A stretch of 63,878 nt of DNA, counting the filler, from Octopus bimaculoides (lineage: Eukaryota), in the NCBI RefSeq assembly GCF_001194135.2. It is 6 parts of 6 records of this genome, joined end to end, with 100 filler letters (N's around TTAATTAATTAA, not from the genome) between each part and the next. Parts side by side here need not be neighbours in the genome. Positions count along the whole stretch, not along the records: positions 1 to 28,355 come from NC_068985.1; 5 more parts are not named here. One strand, written 5' to 3'. The notes beneath the pieces were generated by a model. The model searched no databases and was not told the origin of the DNA. It saw only the letters and a list, made by a program, of their open reading frames with translations. The first letter of the stretch is position 1; each line of letters starts with the position of its first letter. This document shows positions 13,613 through 25,372 of the stretch, in pieces. Made by a program: the position numbers and the translations under genes.

Positions 13613-13642
13613 TTCCAAAGATCCAAAGAAATGGACGGTTCA
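13613..13642 (+). CDS. S-crystallin coding exon 4 (30-nt micro-exon, crystallin-specific loop insertion)
   Basis: Acceptor tcctcttttcAG; FQRSKEMDGS; donor GTGAGT at 13643; phase 0-0. Resembles the FQRS..M..S loop of octopus S-crystallins and brings the total to 215 aa. Confidence 0.9.
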
Positions 13643-14924
13643 GTGAGTAATAATACTTTCAAATATTTCTCTTTTGCAGACATAAAGCTTTTGTATTGAC
13701 CGTTGACATTATCATAATACTAACACGTAACTGAGAGAATTGAGGCTATTTGACGATTCTAGCGTTTCTACAGGACGTATAGCTTAATCAATTAACAAAA
13801 AATCAATGTTTGCAATCGCAGCAAATATCGGGAAAATGTATATGTGCCTTCCAAATATCACTTTGCATATTTTGACAGCTAAAAGGCAAACGAGTAATAA
13901 ATACTTTCGACGTGCTTATGATAAAAGGATCCATATCCAATATTTATGAAGTTAATAGGTTTCAAAACGTATTTAATAACTTAAGTAATTTAAATTACAG
14001 CAAAATAGGAAACCTTTCTAAACACAAGAAGCATATAGTTGCTTGAAGAGCCATTAACTTAATTTGTTTGAGAAATTGTAAGGGGGTTGAGCATTAATTT
14101 CTCCTTAGTTTAATTATCAAATCCACACAGCTTCGTGATATATTCTCTCTCCCTCTCGCTCCATATCTCCCTCTCGCTCCATGTCTCCCTCTTTCTCTGT
14201 GTCTTTTTCTCTTTATGTGTGCGAGTTGCGTATGTGTTCAAACGTTTGTGCGTATACCTATGTATGTATATACATATTTGCTATCTATCTATCTAGCTAT
14301 CTATCAATATATATATATATATATATATATATATNNNNNNNNNNNNNNNNNNNNNNNNNNNNNNNNNNNNNNNNNNNNNNNNNNNNNNNNNNNNNNNNNN
14401 NNNNNNNNNNNNNNNNNNNNNNNNNNNNNNNNNNNNNNNNNNNNNNNNNNNNNNNNNNNNNNNNNNNNNNNNNNNNNNNNNNNNNNNNNNNNNNNNNNNN
14501 NNNNNNNNNNNNNNNNNNNNNNNNNNNNNNNNNNNNNNNNNNNNNNNNNNNNNNNNNNNNNNNNNNNNNNNNNNNNNNNNNNNNNNNNNNNNNNNNNNNN
14601 NNNNNNNNNNNNNNNNNNNNNNNNNNNNNNNNNNNNNNNNNNNNNNNNNNNNNNNNNNNNNNNNNNNNNNNNNNNNNNNNNNNNNNNNNNNNNNNNNNNN
14701 NNNNNNNNNNNNNNNNNNNNNNNNNNNNNNNNNNNNNNATACCATGTCATATCAACAATTAAGATTTCAAATTTAAAGGACATTTAGCTATTGGAGAAGG
14801 GACAAAATCTCACAGCTATTTCGGCCTAGCGTTGGCATGCCCCATTCTATCTCTGGGTGATGCCTCAGCATGGCCGCAGCTCTAAGCTGAAACTATATAA
14901 AAAAAAATATTATTATCATTATTG

Positions 14925-15030
14925 TTATTCAGGTCACGGACATATGGCGTAGTGGTTAAGAGCGCTGGCTACTAACCCCAAGATTCCGAGTTCGATTCCA
15001 GGCAGTGACCTGAATAATAATAATAATAAC
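14925..15030 (+). mobile_element. tRNA-like short element with inverted 5' tail, intron 4
   Basis: A box TGGCGTAGTGG, B box GAGTTCGATTCC, (AAT)n tail; same family as 32890-32975(-). Not a functional tRNA because the acceptor stem is not intact. Confidence 0.75.
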
Positions 15031-15054
15031 AACATCAACAACAACAACGAAAAG

Positions 15055-15790
15055 GTTTACCTCAGTTTTAACATCATCTCCTTCGAAGTAGTCACGTTGC
15101 GCAGCAATACACCCGTCACAGCGTTCCTGCCATATTTAGAATTCGGGTGTAAGTTGTTCTTCGAAAGCGAGTCGAGAACCTTCTGCGATTCGCTCAGGAT
15201 ATCGAAAACCGTGTTAAAACGGCAACATTTAAGCTGCATTTTCATCTTGGGGAAGAGATGAATATCAGCAGGTGCTAAATTTGGCGAATAGGGTGGGTTC
15301 AGAAGCGATACTATTTTGTATTTGGCGAGAAACTCACGAATGAAAAGGTTTCGGTGAAGAATCCAATCCTTCGGGCATCACATATGTCGTCGCTTTGGCC
15401 GAATGTCCTCACTCAAACGCTTCAAAATATCGTAGCAGAACTCTCGAATGACGGTCTGGTGTTGGGGGACGAATTCGCGAAGCACAATTTCACATTTCCT
15501 GGGGTGACGCACGTGGCAAGTCTTCCAGATTCCTCAGCGTCTTTCACAGGCGTCCTTTCACTTTTCAGGCGCCCGTGTCACTCGAATCGTTGTGTACGAC
15601 CCTTTGCCACGCGGCCATAAGCTTGCCGAAGCATGCTCCACATCGCTATAGCAGACGTCCCACGTTTAACGCAAAATTTCACGTTGGGTCTTTGCTCCTG
15701 TCCATGACAAAATTGAAGGTTACAGCATACACGTGATCACAGAATCATAAATTTCACCGCGAGCGAAGGAAACACAGTGATATCACTTGG
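15055..15790 (-). mobile_element. Internally deleted mariner transposase remnant, intron 4
   Basis: Minus-strand reading gives an N-terminus EQRPNVKFCVKRG...AYGR...RFE*H...ESGRLAT and a C-terminus PYSPNLAPADIHLFPKMKMQLKCCRFNTVFDI, equivalent to the mariner YSPDLAP motif. Confidence 0.85.
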
Positions 15791-15889
15791 CACACTGCCT
15801 CATGGACCCTATGCTGCCATCTGTTGGCTCGTATATGGTTGTGTTTCTGTGCGTGTGTGTATGCGTGCGTGTGTGTGTGTGTTTGTGTT

Positions 15890-15920
<31 letters not shown>

Positions 15921-16597
15921 GTCTGTCTGTGTAGATGCCATGCTATATGATGCAAAAATTAATCTCATTGGCCCGTGAATTATTAACATTAAACAAAGAA
16001 TATATCTGATTGTTATATTAATCTGAAGTAATTCATTGTCAAAGAGAACGATGGATAATGTAGTCTTCAAAATCCTACATTATGATCCATAATGTAATTA
16101 CCATTCCCATTAGCGGCTAATGTAGCTTGATTCCATTGTTTCAGTTACCAAGCTCAGCGGCCAATTTACGATAAATTGGAAAGGATTAAGGATTGGAAAG
16201 GATTAATAAATGACCTGTAGTTTGCTATTTAAATGGAACATTGTTTGGCGCCACATGTAAAGTTAGCTAATCCGATAATCCTATATCTTAATACTTACTC
16301 ATGGTGTGATTTGACGTAGTAATATGCCAAAATGATTCAGAGAGTTGATAGTTCGGAATTATATTTTCCTATAAATGTAGAAATCTAGGGAATATTTGTA
16401 GATTCTTGTAGAGAATATACAGTTATAGATATGGAAGCATATTTAAAACAGTATATACTGTAACCTGATGGTTATATATTCGCCAACCAATCAAGATATC
16501 TCGCATCCCACCACACTAGGTAGAATGTTTGGCCCCCATCCCCACCATCATCACCAGCAGTTCACGGCCAATGTTGAAGTGTTTATAATAATAATAA

Positions 16598-16846
16598 ATG
16601 CGCCCTTTTAAAGCCTAGCCAGGCTCATGGGCTCGGTTTCCCGGTTTCAATGGAGTATGTGTTCTCCAGGTGGACGGGACGCCAGTCCATCGCAGCGTTA
16701 CTCATTTTTGCCAGCTGAGTGGACTGGAGCAACGTGAAATGAAGTGTTTTGCTCAAGAACACAACGCGTCGCTCGGTCCAGGAATCGAAACCACAATCTT
16801 TCGATCATGATGCTGATAACCTAACCACTAAGCCACGCGCCTCCAC
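16598..16846 (-). mobile_element. tRNA-derived SINE, family C, intron 4
   Basis: Reverse-complement head GTGGAGGCGCGTGGCTTAGTGGTTAGG and B-box-like GGTTTCGATTCC. Homologues at 23757-24065 and degenerate ones near 20565, 27750, 39610 and 48975. Confidence 0.8.
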
Positions 16847-17551
16847 GTTGATGCGTTTAGGCCCTTGTAATTAAGCAGTTCGGCGAAAGAGACCGATAGA
16901 ATTAAAGCTAAGCTCACAAAGAATAAGTCCTGGGGTCGATTTCTTCGACTAAAATCACCTTTAACTCGGTGATCCATTATGGCTGCAGTCAAACAGTCAA
17001 ATGAGGGAAACAAGTAAAAGAATAAAAAAAGAAGAAAAGGATATATATGTGTGTGTTTGTGTGTGTTTGTTTGTGTGTGTGTGTGGGTGTGTGTGTGCGT
17101 GTGTATATATGCGTAAGTGGATATGTGTGTATTCTAGTAACGGTTTGACTTAGATCAAAAGACTTCTGTGTTATTATGAAAGATTTGGTTTCAAGGATAG
17201 CCATTATTATCAAGTACCTGGTTTTGTGGGCGCAGAGAACGAATCCATCTCATTCGGAATCAGGAGCCCTGTCCTCTTTATGCCCATGAAACTTAGTCAT
17301 ATGGAACGGAGTCAAAATGTTATTAAAATGTATATGTAACTTTTACAAAAGGTGTTGAATGCCGCTTTCGTTCGTCCACTCACTCATGTGTGTGTGGATA
17401 CATACGTGTGTATCCGTGTGTGTGCGTGTTTGTGCGTTTGCACATGTGTGCATGTCTTTGTGAGTATGTGGGATTCGTTTGAAGAAGTATAAAAAATACG
17501 TGGCCTTTGAAATAACCATGTATAAAAATAGCATTAAATTTATCGTGGCAG

Positions 17552-17659
17552 TCTGAGCAGCGCATGAGATACCAAGAAACCTGTCGCAGAATCCTGCCCT
17601 TCATGGAAAGAACCTTGGAGATGCACAACAATGGAAGCCAGTTCTTCATGGGTGACCAG
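17552..17659 (+). CDS. S-crystallin coding exon 5
   Basis: [36 protein letters not shown]. Acceptor gtggcAG has a weak pyrimidine tract; donor GTAAAT at 17660; 108 nt, phase 0-0. Confidence 0.95.
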
Positions 17660-17839
17660 GTAAATAATTTCAATATATTCGTAATCTTATTGTAATTAAA
17701 ACCACAACCATCGCTTGTGTACATAAGGCTAAAATTACGAAATTATTTATTCAATCGTTTGAAAATTTTATGCCCTCTAACCTTTATAGACTTGCTTTCT
17801 AAATGATTAATGAAATATGCTTTAATATTTCATTCGATA

Positions 17840-17985
17840 AAGGCGGCTAGCTGTCAGAAGCCTGTCGACTTTGCTTTTCATTCTTTCGGGGTCGATAAAT
17901 TAAGTACCAGTTGCGTACTGAGGTCGATCTAGTCGCCTGGCCTCCTCTCCAAAAATTTCGGGCCTTGTGCCTAGAGTAAAATAGA
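17840..17985 (+). mobile_element. SINE family A (deleted copy), intron 5
   Basis: GGCGGCTAGCTGTCAGAAG...GTCGACTTTGCTTTTCATTCTTTCGGGGTCGAT...GGCCTTGTGCCTAGAG. Confidence 0.7.
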
Positions 17986-19429
17986 ATATAGTCTCAGTTG
18001 ATCTCGCTTGGGGATCCAGCCGAAAAGTCTGATGTCGTTTGCTTCTGATACGATCGTATAGAGAAGGTGCCTAGGGACTTTGTCACTCGCGACCATACCC
18101 CGAATAGTGGACGGAAGTTGGATGGATGGATAGTATCAGAAGCAACCAACATCTTACGATCATAATTTCAAGTTTACATATACAGTAACCTCTGACCTTA
18201 TCATGGTTCACCTATCACGCACTCAGTACATCGCAGTTCGTCCGCTCAGTACATCAAGGATATTTCTTGCTAATATATGTAAATTTATATACTACACTTT
18301 ATCGTGCAGTTACTGTTAATACTTCATTTAGAGAATTAACATTGCTTGTTTTCACCTTTTCAATATCAGTGAAGAATTTCACTGGAAAAGAAGATATAAG
18401 GTTTGCCAGGTTTTTGTCTCTCTCACCAAGGTCATCAGCTGTCGAACGCCGACGAAGGGAAATAACCCTGAAATCCAGATACGTTCGTGCTGCTGGTCGC
18501 GGTGAGAGGGATAACTCCCTNNNNNNNNNNNNNNNNNNNNNNNNNNNNNNNNNNNNNNNNNNNNNNNNNNNNNNNNNNNNNNNNNNNNNNNNNNNNNNNN
18601 NNNNNNNNNNNNNNNNNNNNNNNNNNNNNNNNNNNNNNNNNNNNNNNNNNNNNNNNNNNNNNNNNNNNNNNNNNNNNNNNNNNNNNNNNNNNNNNNNNNN
18701 NNNNNNNNNNNNNNNNNNNNNNNNNNNNNNNNNNNNNNNNNNNNNNNNNNNNNNNNNNNNNNNNNNNNNNNNNNNNNNNNNNNNNNNNNNNNNNNNNNNN
18801 NNNNNNNNNNNNNNNNNNNNNNNNNNNNNNNNNNNNNNNNNNNNNNNNNNNNNNNNNNNNNNNNNNNNNNNNNNNNNNNNNNNNNNNNNNNNNNNNNNNN
18901 NNNNNNNNNNNNNNNNNNNNNNNNNNNNNNNNNNNNNNNNNNNNNNNNNNNNNNNNNNNNNNNNNNNNNNNNNNNNNNNNNNNNNNNNNNNNNNNNNNNN
19001 NNNNNNNNNNNNNNNNNNNNNNNNNNNNNNNNNNNNNNNNNNNNNNNNNNNNNNNNNNNNNNNNNNNNNNNNNNNNNNNNNNNNNNNNNNNNNNNNNNNN
19101 NNNNNNNNNNNNNNNNNNNNNNNNNNNNNNNNNNNNNNNNNNNNNNNNNNNNNNNNNNNNNNNNNNNNNNNNNNNNNNNNNNNNNNNNNNNNNNNNNNNN
19201 NNNNNCACGCACTCAGTACATCGCAGTTCGTCCGCTCAGTACATCAAGGATATTTCTTGCTAATATATGTAAATTTATATACTACACTTTATCGTGCAGT
19301 TACTGTTAATACTTCATTTAGAGAATTAACATTGCTTGTTTTCACCTTTTCAATATCAGTGAAGAATTTCACTGGAAAAGAAGATATAAGGTTTGCCAGG
19401 TTTTTGTCTCTCTCACCAAGGTCATCAGC

Positions 19430-19630
19430 TGTCGAACGCCGACGAAGGGAAATAACCCTGAAATCCGGATACGTTCGTGCTGCTGGTCGAGGTGAGAGGG
19501 ATAACTCCCTTGGCAAACAGGACACAGTCGTGTGTCGATAAGCCAGCTGGAGGAGATGTCCTCCTGGGGCTAAAAGCAACAGTAACATCCACCCCTAGGG
19601 GTCAGCCACACTTAAGTGGCAATATACTAC
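19430..19630. repeat. ~200-bp dispersed hairpin-rich repeat (inverted copy at 50452-50650)
   Basis: Near-identical reverse-complement match to 50452-50650. Partial copy at 18440-18520 and a diverged relative at ~45-130. Confidence 0.85.
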
Positions 19631-20014
19631 ACTATATCGTCGACTTTTCAGTGTATCCGGGTTTCTGCAGCTGATAGATATTTATATTTTTTTAGATTTT
19701 AATTATTTCAGCGGGAGGTTTTGGAACGTAATACACACGATTGTCGAGGGGTTACTATATCACATTTCTGTTTTTTAAGCGTAATCTAATATTTAAAATT
19801 TAATTTTTAAGCATATACTAACATTTAGACCAACCCAGTATTTAAGTTTGCATTAGTGTATTGACTAATATTTTACACCACATTAGTATAATAATAATAC
19901 TCAAAGCTCGTTGCTAAACTGCAACAGCTATAAAATTATAAAACACTAATTAGTTAATAAAATTTAGAAATTATAACCCTTAGTGATGAAGTGAGTTAAT
20001 ATATGTTTGTTTGA

Positions 20015-20172
20015 AGGCGACAAGCTACGTTCTGAGTTCAAATTCTATCGAGGTTGACTTTACCTTTAATCCTTTCGGGGTCGATAAATTAACTACCATT
20101 TACATACTTGGGTTGATCTAAACGACTGCTCCGCCTCCCCAAAAATTTCGGGCCTTGTGCCTAGAGTAGAAA
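20015..20172 (+). mobile_element. SINE family A, intron 5
   Basis: GTTCTGAGTTCAAATTCT...CCTTTCGGGGTCGATAAATT...GGCCTTGTGCCTAGAG. Confidence 0.75.
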
Positions 20173-20230
20173 AAAAAATTTTGTTTGACTTGTTCTTTGG
20201 TGAATGAGAAGGCTTTAGATGCAAATAAAA

Positions 20231-20421
20231 ATAATCCTTTCTAGTATAGGCACAAGGCCTGAAATTTAGAGGGGAGGGATAGTCAATTATTCAGCTGGTG
20301 GTTAATTTATCAACCGCGAAAGGATTGCAAGTAAAGTCAACCTCAGCAGAATTTGAACTCAGAACAAGAAGACAGAAGAAATACCGCTAAGCATTTCGTT
20401 CGGCGTGTTAACGATTTTGCC
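20231..20421 (-). mobile_element. SINE family A, intron 5 (inverted relative to the neighbouring copy)
   Basis: Reverse complement aligns to 20029-20165. Confidence 0.75.
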
Positions 20422-22649
20422 TTGAAAACGGAAATAAATATGAAAATATAAAACTGTTAGAAAAAGTTAGATGAGTCATGAGCCCAAGGAGTCATAAGGA
20501 GAGAACTTAGCCTTGTTTCCACGGGGTACAACTGACTAAGCTTACAACAGCCTCCTCTTGAACCGGAAAACGGCACGTCCTTGGATGAACTTTCCAGCTA
20601 TTACTAACACTCACATACATCTGCGTGAATTGGAGCAACGTGAAATAAAACGTTTTGCTCAGTACAATGCACCAACCGGTCCAGTAATTGAAATCAAGAT
20701 CATAAGATCCTGGGTAAAAAGCGTTAATCACATAAGCAAAGCGCATTCATGTCTTAGAAAAATATTTGTCTTTATTAACAGAAATTTCTTTGATGTATTA
20801 GGCAAGTCAAAGAACCACATGGAGTGATATTCACCATCTTAACTGACCAAAAATTTCTGTTTAGTTTGGTATATTATGTATGCGTCGTCCTTCAAAATAC
20901 TGGAAAATATTAACTTTATGACCAAATATTGAGAAAGGTAAAGATAAAGCATACATTGATTCTGACATGTAGTTTATATCTGGCCTCCAGGTGAAGGCGT
21001 CCACCCTCTGGATTTTAGATAGTAAACGCACTTTATGAAATAGTCAGCTTCCGCAAAGTTCTATCTTGTCTGTAATACACACACACACACACACACACTC
21101 ACGTATTCGTTCGTTCATACATACAAACATACCTATATACATACATGGATACGTACATAATCGTTCCGGCTAATGAGCTTATTCTTAGTAAATCATAAAC
21201 CTTATCAAAAGTATCCCAACCATGACCAACTTGTCTTTAATCCTTACATCTTGCACTTCTTTATCTCGAAGGCAGTATTGTTTGATTTGAGGGAGTACTA
21301 AATAATTCTAGCTAGACAAGCCGCCGTGTAGTTTCTTTTTATCTCGTATTGCATAGTTGTCTGTAACGTATATTCTTACATTATATTTTGATTAGAATCT
21401 CAGCTAAGGAAACTAATAAGACGTACATAATCATGTAGTTATTTCGAATTCTGTGTTATGATCCTGAAAAAAATAAAACCTAGCAGAAATAAAATATTTT
21501 CCATAAAGAATGTTACCATAGAGTAATGAATTCGATGGTGTCGATTAATCTCCTCTCCTCTCAAATGCTGCCCTGTGCCTAAACCAACAAAGCAATGCTG
21601 TATTAGACATTCCAAAGTAAAATGAAACGCTTTCTATTCATACATATGAGTGCTACAAGGCATCACTATCGGTGCAAAATATTTGAAAGCAATGGATATG
21701 ACCGGTTAAATGAACATTTTGATGCTCAGCAGTAATTGAAATCAACGCAGCCAATCAACAGTGCAATCATCAATTAATACAGAAACATTTCCACATTAGA
21801 TGAGGGGAAATAATTCATGTGTGATACCTCTGTACTGTCAGATGAGGTGTAGATATTAACAGTGTCGAACGTAGTTTAGTGTCGGTAAACTGATCTTAAA
21901 TAAGCATTTTATAATCTTTCGAGAGAATCTGAAATAATCATCTTTTGGTACATTGGTTGTCGAAGTACTTAAAGGTATAAATATATGCATGTAAATACTG
22001 GACTGAGAAACATTTTGCATAGAAAAAGTCGGAGACTGTCCATTGGTTGGCTTATTCTACAAAGATACGTTGTCGTAGCTCTCTCTCCGACTTTGGCGGT
22101 TATCACACCAGATTTTACAAATTCCAAGAATTGGTCATCAGAAGATCAATGGATAAAAATAGTCTGTGTAATTTAATTTTGTTCCTTAGCGATAGGAGTT
22201 CAAATCGCACCTAGTGAATTCCTCTCTTCCATCAAATTAAGATGAATGGAATAAGTACCATTTGTAAATTAAATCCATTGTGTCTATGTTAGTTATCATA
22301 TTTAAATGGGTGACACTTCAATAAATTATTTGAAATATATGTAAAGAAGCGGTATGGATGACATTTACAATGTGTAACAGCACTAACGAATGGAGAACAT
22401 TACTAGCGGTAATATTTTCCTTAGAGAAAATTTCTCGAAGACAATGGTGTGTTACAAACATAAATGCTTCGCTAAGAACACTGGAAGGCCTGTGAATATA
22501 ACACAAAAGACTCTCTGTTATTTTTCCTGCCAAAAAACAGAAAAAATTTCAGAGTCGCTTCACATTTGTAAACACATAATTTTATATAAATACTAACGCT
22601 TTTTTAATTGCATATATTAATTTATGTTTGAATCTACTTCATTTCCCAG

Positions 22650-22814
22650 ATAACTATGGCTGATATGATGTGTTTCTGCGCTCTGGAGAATCCACTGATG
22701 GAAGATGACTCCCTTCTTCGTAGCTATCCGAAACTTCTAGCATTGAAGGAACGAGTAATTAGCCACCCGAAAATGTCGAGCTACCTTCAAAAGAGATCCC
22801 GCACCGATTTTTAA
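22650..22814 (+). CDS. S-crystallin coding exon 6 (terminal)
   Basis: Acceptor catttcccAG; [54 protein letters not shown], with TAA at 22812-22814 and the typical sigma-GST/S-crystallin C-terminus. Confidence 0.97.
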   Translation: MTMADMMCFCALENPLMEDDSLLRSYPKLLALKERVISHPKMSSYLQKRSRTDF

Positions 22815-23036
22815 AGGACAAGAAAACAAAAATGAAAATTAATGTAACCAATTTTTTTCAAGCTAGGAAGTATATAACTGTTTCATTTCAAACTAAAGTG
22901 TATGAAAATATATGACAATGGAGTTTTTAACTCCACCTTCAGTTGAAAATATGGATAAGGTCTTCAAAACAGAAAGGTAATATTGCAATGCAACCAATCA
23001 ATTAAGCTTTGTAAATTTTAAATGTTTGGTTTGTTC

Positions 23037-23050
23037 AATAAATAAATAAA
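23037..23050 (+). terminator. Overlapping AATAAA polyadenylation signals of the S-crystallin gene
   Basis: AATAAA at 23037, 23041 and 23045, about 220 nt after the stop, followed by T/GT-rich sequence. Confidence 0.65.
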
Positions 23051-23756
23051 AAATCTTAAAACGAAACTAACAAAATAAATGTTTTAAAAAAATCATTAGT
23101 TCGTTTTGTTTTGACAATACACAATGGAATTTTTTTATTAATTTAAGTGGGAAGTAAAATTGAAAGTTCGCATATTTGTATTTTTCCTATGTTCTTTATT
23201 TTTATTTTTCTGAAGGCTATGTTTTTAGTTGCGTAAATTTATTGAGTTAATCTCAACTGGAATCGAAAATGATCGGGGTTAATTCATTTTAGTGTAATAC
23301 AAACAATTTATTTCTAAAAGATTTTAGTACGAAAATATTATTTTAGAATTCTTCTTCGAAGAATTCACAGTGGGCTGCTTTCTATTCAGGAGTGTATAAA
23401 GTTCATGTCATCAACACTGCTAAACTTTCGACTAAGAAACACTTCTATAACAATAAATCCAAATTCCTCTTTACACAGCATACACAATTGGAATGAATAG
23501 ATTCCACTAAATAGTGTACGTTAGAGTGTTTGAAAATAGTACAAAAATTTAAAAGAAAAATTAAAAGAAATGCCAAAGTGCTTAACAGCATTCCGCCTGA
23601 CTTTACGTTGTGAGTTCGAATTCCGCCGAGTTCAGCTTTACCCTTCACCCTCACGGGGTCACTAAACTGAGTAGAAGTCGACTTACACCCATACACGAAA
23701 TTGTTGGCGCTGTGCCAACATTTGAAACTAAAATTATTGTTTTATATTTATTTATT

Positions 23757-24065
23757 TATGCACCCTTTTTAAGCCTATCCAGGCTCATGGGCCCGGTTTC
23801 CCATTTTCTATGGTGTATGTGTTTCTCCCCAGCTGGACGGGACGCCAGTCCATCGCAGCGTTGCGCAAGAAACAGGAAGAAATAGTGAGAGAAAGTGAGG
23901 GTGAAAGAGTACAACAGGGGTCGTCACCACCCCCTACCGGAGGCTCGTGGAGCTTTTAGGTATTTTCGCTCAATAAACACACACAACGTTCGGTCGGGGA
24001 ATCGAAACCACGATCCTCCGACCGCGAGTCCGGTGCCCTAACCACTGAGCCATTGCGCCTCCACA
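23757..24065 (-). mobile_element. SINE family C variant
   Basis: Reverse-complement head GTGGAGGCGCAATGGCTCAGTGGTTAGG; shares its tail with 16598-16700. Confidence 0.75.
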
Positions 24066-25189
24066 TTATTTTATATGTCTCACATTTAATTTTCTCTCTA
24101 TTTGAATAGAAACCCCGATGCCATATTCAGAACTTAATCTTTTATTTAAGACATTTATCGTTATTACACTAGCGACAATTACTTATAAATACGTACAAAT
24201 ACTGACAACATCGTGCTCTAATAATCAACTAAACTTTCAAACTTATCTGGCATGCACATTTTGTTTAAATGTGCGCTTCTGTTATAATTATAGTCATCTC
24301 TTGAACGTTCTCAGGAACGTAAGCTTTAGTCATTTTTCAATGTTTTTTTCTTACCTATAGTGGATATTTTGGCTTCGTATTTGTAAGTATTTATTGCTAT
24401 ATATATATATATATATATATNNNNNNNNNNNNNNNNNNNNNNNNNNNNNNNNNNNNNNNNNNNNNNNNNNNNNNNNNNNNNNNNNNNNNNNNNNNNNNNN
24501 NNNNNNNNNNNNNNNNNNNNNNNNNNNNNNNNNNNNNNNNNNNNNNNNNNNNNNNNNNNNNNNNNNNNNNNNNNNNNNNNNNNNNNNNNNNNNNNNNNNN
24601 NNNNNNNNNNNNNNNNNNNNNNNNNNNNNNNNNNNNNNNNNNNNNNNNNNNNNNNNNNNNNNNNNNNNNNNNNNNNNNNNNNNNNNNNNNNNNNNNNNNN
24701 NNNNNNNNNNNNNNNNNNNNNNNNNNNNNNNNNNNNNNNNNNNNNNNNNNNNNNNNNNNNNNNNNNNNNNNNNNNNNNNNNNNNNNNNNNNNNNNNNNNN
24801 NNNNNNNNNNNNNNNNNNNNNNNNNNNNNNNNNNNNNNNNNNNNNNNNNNNNNNNNNNNNNNNNNNNNNNNNNNNNNNNNNNNNNNNNNNNNNNNNNNNN
24901 NNNNNNNNNNNNNNNNNNNNNNNNNNNNNNNNNNNNNNNNNNNNNNNNNNNNNNNNNNNNNNNNNNNNNNNNNNNNNNNNNNNNNNNNNNNNNNNNNNNN
25001 NNNNNNNNNNNNNNNNNNNNNNNNNNNNNNNNNNNNNNNNNNNNNNNNNNNTGGTGCTATATGTGGCTGTTATATATATAAATATATATATACAAGTATG
25101 TTCATGTGTGTATATGTATGTAATTATATATATATATATATTCACACACTTATTTATATATATTTATATATATATTTATATATATATAA

Positions 25190-25222
<33 letters not shown>

Positions 25223-25329
25223 GAGAGAGAGATAGATAGATATGTATATATAGATATACATGTATATAATAAGTGTATGAACACGTGTGCCTCAGACTCG
25301 AAAGGCTAAGAAATGGTTAGAGAGCATGT

Positions 25330-25372
<43 letters not shown>

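Noticed and set aside
14935-15012. Possible functional tRNA gene
   Set aside because: A and B boxes are present but there is no proper acceptor stem. It has an (AAT)n tail and a second diverged copy, so it is a tRNA-derived repeat.
22025-22094. 11-bp inverted repeat AAAGTCGGAGA / TCTCCGACTTT with a 48-nt spacer
   Set aside because: The spacer does not pair, so it is not a pre-miRNA-like hairpin; chance occurrence is plausible in 64 kb.
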